Below are positions 26,781-32,000 of a DNA stretch of 32,000 bases, one piece after another. The DNA is from Candidatus Baldrarchaeota archaeon (lineage in GTDB: Archaea > Asgardarchaeota > Baldrarchaeia > Baldrarchaeales > DXJG01). Where the stretch lies: positions 150,001 to 182,000 of the forward strand of contig DXJG01000001.1 of assembly GCA_019056805.1 (NCBI GenBank), in the 5' to 3' direction. The position numbers were made by a program, and so were the translations under genes. Under the pieces are notes generated by a model. It was not told where the DNA came from. It searched no databases and worked only from the letters and a program-made list of their open reading frames with translations. The number at the start of each line of letters is the position of its first letter. The first letter of the stretch is position 1.

Positions 26781-27130
26781 GCGGCCGCGGCCCCCTTGGG
26801 TGGATACCTTTCCCGATCGCGGTGTTTCAGCCCCCAGTCTCTACTCCGCACCCCCGTGAGCGCCGAACGTCCGGGGTTAGGTTGCTCCTTCGGGTGGACA
26901 GTAACACTCTCCATCTCCCGGGCCTGGCCTGGTTCCCCCGGTAAGGGTCGTAGTACTCCCGCCTAAGCGGGAGACCCGACCGCCGCCGACCCCACGGGAC
27001 GGAGTTTCATCGCTGTGAGGCTAAATCCTGCGATCGGGGTTAGGTATCGCCCCTTGGGTTACTGGCCCCGCCATAAACCGGGTTTGCGGTTACAGGAAAC
27101 CGGTAACTTCCCGGCCCTACCCGCGGCCGC
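26781..27130 (-). ncRNA. ffs: Signal recognition particle 7S RNA containing a 26-nt BHB intron
   Basis: 10-bp terminal helix GCGGCCGCGG/CCGCGGCCGC; Alu domain with UGUAA motif and complementary loops ACCGG/CCGGU; long helix 5; helix 6; helix-8 signature CCAGG...AGCAA; T-rich tract downstream. Confidence 0.93.
26889..26914 (-). other. Predicted BHB intron at the SRP RNA helix-8 tetraloop
   Basis: Central helix CGGG/CCCG, bulges AG^A and AA^G, intron stem UGGA/UCCA. Excision gives CAGG-CCC-GGGA-GGG-AGCAA. Confidence 0.85.
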
Positions 27131-27252
27131 ATAAAATAGTATGTTTTAATAGTCTAATTAGCTTTTCGTTCTAAAGTGTGATAAAATAAAAATTTATTTA
27201 GATATATGTGATTGGTATGGTGTTATTTGCGGTTATTTTGGAGGTGCTATGA

Positions 27253-27453
27253 GTGAAAGTCCTTTCCGTTGAGGAGTTTTTGAATCATGCTAGGAATTTG
27301 ATAATGGGATCTAAGGTTGTTAGATTTGTAATAAAGAGAAAGAATGGAGAATACATTCTTCGAATATCAAACAATAAAAAAACGTTCAGTATTGCTCTTT
27401 TGGAGCATAGACATGTCGAAGATATTTCTAGAAAGGTTTTGAAAATGCTATAA
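27253..27453 (+). CDS. Small protein, candidate SRP9/SRP14-like Alu-domain-binding protein
   Basis: GTG start 6 nt after GGAGGTG. 66 aa with predicted alpha-beta-beta-beta-alpha pattern. Divergent from the SRP RNA gene. ORF existence is well supported; the function is inferred. Confidence 0.55.
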   Translation: MKVLSVEEFLNHARNLIMGSKVVRFVIKRKNGEYILRISNNKKTFSIALLEHRHVEDISRKVLKML

Positions 27454-28398
27454 TCTCTTAAGTTTTTGTAATAGTTCACATGCCTTACATATTTCATGTG
27501 GAGTTGGTTCTCCACAAATTTTACATTCTCTTAAGGAAATCTTCTTTCGGAATGCTTGTTTTAAAATAGGCAAAAGTTTCAAATGGGTATTTAAAATAGT
27601 AAATTTTGTCCCGGGTCGTTTTTCTTCCATTTTATTTAGGAAATCCTTGATATCCCCCCTTAAGGCATACTGGGCATAGGGACATGGATTCGAAAAGAAA
27701 TCTAATTCTCTAAGATAGGCATAAAAAGTGACTTCATTTTCTGGAACCTCTAATAGTGGTTTTACTCTAGGAACAAATTTCGGGTGAACAAAGAATTGGG
27801 CAGGTTCCAGCCTAGCTAATCTCTCTACATCTCCTCTCAAGAGATTAATGAGAATTGTTTGACTTTCATCATCCAAATTATGGGCCATCGCAAGCTTATC
27901 GGCATGAACTTCCCTAGCCGCCAAGTTCAATGCTTTTCTTCTCAAAACTCCGCAAAAAGTACATGGAGCGAGTTTTAAATCGCTATTTAAGGTTTTTTCA
28001 ACTATTTGATCTAAAGTATAATCGAAAAAATCTTTAAATGAAAACACTACATGTTCAATGGCCAACAATCTAGAAATTTTTCTAGCAATTTTTAAGCTTC
28101 CTTCTCTATAACCCTTTATACCTTCATCAATAGTAATTGCAATTAATTCGGACTTAGGAAATTTTTCTTCTATTTTATTAAGAGCATAAAGTAATACTAC
28201 ACTATCCTTTCCACCTGAAACACCGACAGCTATTCGATCGTCTTCTTTAAACATCTTGAACCTTGAAATTGTACTTTTTATTCGATTTTCAACAGATACT
28301 AAAAAACATTTTTTACAAAGTTTTTCACCAGAATACTTTCTGAAGAAAACTGCTGGTTTTTTCTTACACTTAGTACAAATGGTCTTAATATTATTCAC
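27448..28398 (-). CDS. tRNA 2-thiolation protein (TtuA/Ncs6/TIGR00269 family)
   Basis: N-terminal CxxC..CxxC, PP-loop SGGKDS, CTFCGVLRR, HNLDDE, CPY, and C-terminal CxxC..CxxC. Confidence 0.92.
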   Translation of the reverse strand: MNNIKTICTKCKKKPAVFFRKYSGEKLCKKCFLVSVENRIKSTISRFKMFKEDDRIAVGVSGGKDSVVLLYALNKIEEKFPKSELIAITIDEGIKGYREGSLKIARKISRLLAIEHVVFSFKDFFDYTLDQIVEKTLNSDLKLAPCTFCGVLRRKALNLAAREVHADKLAMAHNLDDESQTILINLLRGDVERLARLEPAQFFVHPKFVPRVKPLLEVPENEVTFYAYLRELDFFSNPCPYAQYALRGDIKDFLNKMEEKRPGTKFTILNTHLKLLPILKQAFRKKISLRECKICGEPTPHEICKACELLQKLKRL

Positions 28399-28412
28399 CT
28401 AAATTCATCCAC

Positions 28413-29660
28413 CTAAGGGATTTTAAATCCGACTTTTAAAAATGTGAATACAAAATTCAATATTAATATCAAAACAGATAACGAAGCTATGGCTATTCGA
28501 ATCGTTTGCGATGTTTTTTCTGTCTTTCTATGTTTTTTCATCCATTCTCTAATTAGATCATTAATAAGTCGATCTCCATCAAAAAAAGGTATGGGTAACA
28601 TGTTAAAAATTGCAAGACTAAGTGAGAGTAGAAAAGTCCAATTTATAACTTCAAAGAAATAGTATGGTGCCATTATTCCTAACATCTTACTAAATATATT
28701 TCTAGGAGGGTAATAATTGAATGTATATATGCCTATATAACCTCTAGAAGAATTTACGGGATGTTCTACTGTTACTAACTCGAGAGTTCCATGACTCGTA
28801 TTAAATACTAAAGTCTGACCCGGACTTACGTGTATAAGATAATTGTGAAATTCCTCAACACTATGAACTTCAGTACCATTTATTTCAAATATAATAGTTC
28901 CAGGAGTAAAGACAGTAGAACCCGGAGTACCCTCTACAACGTCAGTAATCAAAACACCCATAGGAGCCGCATAAAAAGGCAAAATTAAAAACTCAAAATT
29001 TATCAATAGAAAAAGAAACAACAAAGCAACAATTAAATTCGCCATAGACCCTGCACCAAAAATCTTAAGTCTTTTATTCACTGGTTCTCTCTTCATTTTG
29101 TTCTCGTCTAATTCCACAAATGCTCCCGGTATCAAAATAGCCAGAAGTACACCGGAACTCTTTACGGGTATTTCCTCAGACTCCGCTGCAAGTCCATGAG
29201 CAAGTTCATGAGCAGTCACCGATATACCAAGTGCAAAAAACAAATAATACAGAGTTTTTCCCGTTATAGTTATACCAGGCAGAACCGGAACCACAGAAGC
29301 CGCCGTTGAAGGACTTACAAAAAACCTCACCAAATTAATAAGCAAGAAATAAAAACCATAAAGTAAAGATGCAAATCCCAAAGGTATACCTATAAGCCAT
29401 ATCTTCCTCCAGAGCCAAGGAGCCTTTTTTGCTACCTTTCGAATGAAATTATTAAATCTTTTTGTTTTCCATAAAATGACAAACGGAGAAATCTCTAACC
29501 CATACTTTTCCAGATGTAAGTACTGCCCGACAAGTACAATCATGAGCCAAAAAACCAATAAAATCATAAGTGGTGAAGCCATGGTATATCCCAAAAGGTC
29601 AAATAAATTTACACCTAAAAAGTTTATGTTATTTTTAGTCAAAGAATGAGAAGGCATCAA
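28413..29660 (-). CDS. Site-2 protease (M50) with PDZ domain
   Basis: HELAH, PGAFVE, AGSMAN, a PDZ-like segment, and NMLPIPFFDG. Confidence 0.92.
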   Translation of the reverse strand: MMPSHSLTKNNINFLGVNLFDLLGYTMASPLMILLVFWLMIVLVGQYLHLEKYGLEISPFVILWKTKRFNNFIRKVAKKAPWLWRKIWLIGIPLGFASLLYGFYFLLINLVRFFVSPSTAASVVPVLPGITITGKTLYYLFFALGISVTAHELAHGLAAESEEIPVKSSGVLLAILIPGAFVELDENKMKREPVNKRLKIFGAGSMANLIVALLFLFLLINFEFLILPFYAAPMGVLITDVVEGTPGSTVFTPGTIIFEINGTEVHSVEEFHNYLIHVSPGQTLVFNTSHGTLELVTVEHPVNSSRGYIGIYTFNYYPPRNIFSKMLGIMAPYYFFEVINWTFLLSLSLAIFNMLPIPFFDGDRLINDLIREWMKKHRKTEKTSQTIRIAIASLSVLILILNFVFTFLKVGFKIP

Positions 29661-29729
29661 AAGACTTCGGAAACCTTTATTCTTTTTTAATTCTTATTTT
29701 ACTATAGAACACATGGAGTTATAGATTAA

Positions 29730-30449
29730 ATGGCAAAGAAACCAATTAAAATAAGAGATAAGATAAAAGTGATTTATACAAAAGAGAGATGGGAACTTCT
29801 AAAGAAATTTAGAGATAAAGCTTTGAAAATAATGGAGCTACTGGCAAGAAACAATGTTCAAGCAATAGTTCATGGCAGTATTGCAAGGGGGGATGTTACA
29901 CCTCAAAGCGATATAGACATAGTCATACCACAAACGATATCTCCTTTCCACGTGGAATCGGTGTTACATAGTGCTGGGTTTGACTTTTATTCTCGGCAAA
30001 TAGTCCAAGCTACGCCATGGCATTCTATAAAAGCTCACATATACTTAGATGAAAAAACCGTAGTAACGTTTCCACTTGTCAAACTTAGGGGAAGAGAATG
30101 GGAGTTCTATAAGTTTGGCGGATTAGTAACTATAAATGATCTCAAAAAGAACATTAGAGTTCCAGGAGTTGACAAACGCTTAATACTTATTGAACCCACG
30201 TCACAAGGCCATCTTGAAAGTTCTATTATTGGCAGAGAATCTGAGGTAGCAAAAATTTTAGGAGTAAGCATCGACATAGTTGAGGAAAGAATAAATATTT
30301 TACTAAGAAGGGACAAAATAGGAAGAACCGGAATATATTTGAAAAGAGAACTATTACCTCACGAAACTTTCGGTGAAGTTTTGAAGAAAATCGCTGACAG
30401 AGATCCCATTGTTCGAAGAAGAATTCTAGAGAATGAAGGAGTGAAATAG
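29730..30449 (+). CDS. Predicted archaeal nucleotidyltransferase (COG2413-type)
   Basis: HGSIARGDV...SDIDIV pol-beta motif; PGVDKRL and R..IGRTG motifs. Confidence 0.85.
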   Translation: MAKKPIKIRDKIKVIYTKERWELLKKFRDKALKIMELLARNNVQAIVHGSIARGDVTPQSDIDIVIPQTISPFHVESVLHSAGFDFYSRQIVQATPWHSIKAHIYLDEKTVVTFPLVKLRGREWEFYKFGGLVTINDLKKNIRVPGVDKRLILIEPTSQGHLESSIIGRESEVAKILGVSIDIVEERINILLRRDKIGRTGIYLKRELLPHETFGEVLKKIADRDPIVRRRILENEGVK

Positions 30450-30452
30450 TAA

Positions 30453-31538
30453 ATGCGCAAAATAAAGGAAACTATAGGCAGATCTCTGGTTGTGGGGAAA
30501 CTTCCACATGGCTGTGAACTATGTATGGAAGGAGCTAAACTGGTTCTCTTTGTAACAGGTTTATGTCCCAGAAGATGCTTTTACTGTCCACTTTCGGAAG
30601 CAAGACGATGGAAAGATGTAACATTTGCTAACGAACTGGAGGTAAAGAAAAATGAAGATATAATTAGAGAAGCTAAATTAATGAACGCGCTTGGGGCAGG
30701 AATAACCGGAGGAGACCCCCTAGTAAAGCTGGAAAGAGCTATAAAATACATTAAAATACTTAAAGAAACTTTCGGATCAGATTTTCACATCCATTTATAC
30801 ACTAGCGGAAGAACAGCCACTAAAAAAATCTTACATGAACTTTCAGAGATAGGATTAGATGAAATACGTTTCCATCCTAGCAAAAACGACTGGAAAAAAA
30901 TTGAATGGGCAGTTGACACAAACATGGATGTTGGCGCCGAGATTCCTGCAATACCCGGAAAAGTTGATGAAATTAAAAAATTCGCTAAATATCTTGACGA
31001 TATTGGAGCATCTTTTCTCAATTTAAACGAGTTGGAATTTAGTGAGACAAATGCTCAAGAACTTAGAAAAAGAAATATTAAACCTAAAAGTGGCACGTTG
31101 GCAGCAGCTGAGGGAAGCGAGGAAACCGCAATTGAAATTTTAAAATGGGCGGCCAACAATCTAAAAATAACGGTACATTATTGCCCATCAAGTCTTAAAG
31201 ACAGTATTCAACTTAAAAACAGACTTTTAAGAAGAGCAAAAATCGTAGCTAAACCTTATGAAGAAATCACAGAGGACGGACTGCTTGTTAAGGGGATAAT
31301 ACAACTACCAAATAAAGATCCTAATTATCTAAAACAGTTAAAACTCATTTTAATAAGGCGATACGGAGTTCCCTCAAAGTTATTGTACGTAGATGAAGAA
31401 AAAATGGTAATTGAAACAGCTTGGTACATTGTTGAAGAGTTATCTAAAGAGCTAAAACGTAGATTCAAAGCCAAAGTTGGCATTGTTGAAGAGTATCCAA
31501 CAGCTGATAGAATTAGAATATCATATACCCCTCTCTAA
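30453..31538 (+). CDS. Radical SAM protein (uncharacterised archaeal COG2108-type)
   Basis: GCELCMEG.KLVLFVTG.CPRRCFYCP, ITGGDP, EIRFHP and NLNELE motifs. Confidence 0.88.
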   Translation: MRKIKETIGRSLVVGKLPHGCELCMEGAKLVLFVTGLCPRRCFYCPLSEARRWKDVTFANELEVKKNEDIIREAKLMNALGAGITGGDPLVKLERAIKYIKILKETFGSDFHIHLYTSGRTATKKILHELSEIGLDEIRFHPSKNDWKKIEWAVDTNMDVGAEIPAIPGKVDEIKKFAKYLDDIGASFLNLNELEFSETNAQELRKRNIKPKSGTLAAAEGSEETAIEILKWAANNLKITVHYCPSSLKDSIQLKNRLLRRAKIVAKPYEEITEDGLLVKGIIQLPNKDPNYLKQLKLILIRRYGVPSKLLYVDEEKMVIETAWYIVEELSKELKRRFKAKVGIVEEYPTADRIRISYTPL

Positions 31539-31544
31539 CATTAA

Positions 31545-32000
31545 TTAACCACTGTAACTGTCTGGTAATTTATATCTAAGTAAGGCTGCTATTCCACCAA
31601 AATTCTCCAACTGCTTGCCAGCTGGAGTGTTTGCTGAAAAAATTACTACTTTTCCCCTTCTCTTTTCTACCTCTCTCAGTAATTCATCAAGTTTCTTTCT
31701 TTCTTCCCTAGACGATTCCCTAAGTTTTTTATCTGTTATTAGTAAGATATCTACTGCTCCAAGAGTTACTGCTTTTTCTACGTCTTCCATTCCATAAGCT
31801 ATAGTACCACTTTCCTGGCCTAGCCTCTTCAAAAACTCTTCCATAAGCTTAAGTTCCTCTTCGACACGCATTTCCTCAGCAACCTTCGAAATAACTCCTC
31901 TACGAAGAACTTCATAAACAGCGTTTTCACCGCCACTACTAGCTGTTTCTATAATTACCTTACCTGAAAGTTCGGGGGCTTTTGAGACTAAATATTTTAA
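31545..32000 (-). CDS. pelA: Pelota/Dom34 mRNA surveillance protein, 3' part (continues beyond the window)
   Basis: The frame is open to the window edge: ...ASSGGENAVYEVLRRG...AYGMEDVEKAV..GAVDILLITD...PAGKQLENFGGIAALLRY*. Confidence 0.9.
   Translation of the reverse strand, partial: LKYLVSKAPELSGKVIIETASSGGENAVYEVLRRGVISKVAEEMRVEEELKLMEEFLKRLGQESGTIAYGMEDVEKAVTLGAVDILLITDKKLRESSREERKKLDELLREVEKRRGKVVIFSANTPAGKQLENFGGIAALLRYKLPDSYSG

Noticed and set aside
26766-26966. 66-aa plus-strand ORF
   Set aside because: Antisense to the SRP RNA; a by-product of high GC content.
26781-27130. GC-rich structured RNA as RNase P RNA
   Set aside because: No GAGGAAAGUCC / P4 signature. The Alu UGUAA motif and the helix-8 CCAGG/AGCAA motif identify SRP RNA.
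27121-27140. BHB at the SRP RNA termini implying a permuted/circular SRP as in Thermoproteus
   Set aside because: The terminal helix is a plain 10-bp stem with unpaired AT-rich flanks, and the domain order is conventional.
668-31797. Numerous 60-190 aa ORFs antisense to, or nested in, recognisable genes (e.g. 668-928, 3200-3493, 21741-22304)
   Set aside because: Shadow ORFs of well-supported genes with no motifs or ribosome-binding sites.
1-32000. CRISPR arrays, transposases, integrases, rRNA
   Set aside because: No regularly spaced repeats or corresponding protein or RNA motifs were seen.

Overview
AT-rich archaeal chromosome segment, probably from an Asgard-like or deep TACK-related thermophile. 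This placement is inferred from a MIT+longin-like protein, a presenilin-like protease, intron-rich tRNAs and GGAGG/AGGTGA ribosome-binding sites. Most of the window is housekeeping: atpB, atpD, class III RNR nrdDG, NAC, PAN, MBF1, HflX, Trm56, TFE, a tRNA thiolase, a site-2 protease, pelota, two tRNAs and the SRP (7S) RNA. The main discovery is that bulge-helix-bulge (BHB/BHL) introns of the tRNA-splicing-endonuclease type interrupt three RNA classes within about 9 kb. A 36-nt stop-containing intron sits in the atpD mRNA (18431-18466). A 26-nt intron sits at the SRP54-binding helix-8 tetraloop of the SRP RNA (26889-26914). Four introns sit in two tRNAs: three in tRNA-Ser(GCT) and one in tRNA-Val(CAC). 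In each case the standard cut rule (after the 2nd bulge nucleotide) restores the conserved sequence. A second highlight is a 66-aa ORF divergent from the SRP RNA gene that resembles eukaryotic SRP9/SRP14 Alu-binding proteins. Also present is a VirB2-like pilin + VirB4/HerA-like ATPase pair (Ced-like). All family assignments are by eye from recalled motifs; no searches were run.
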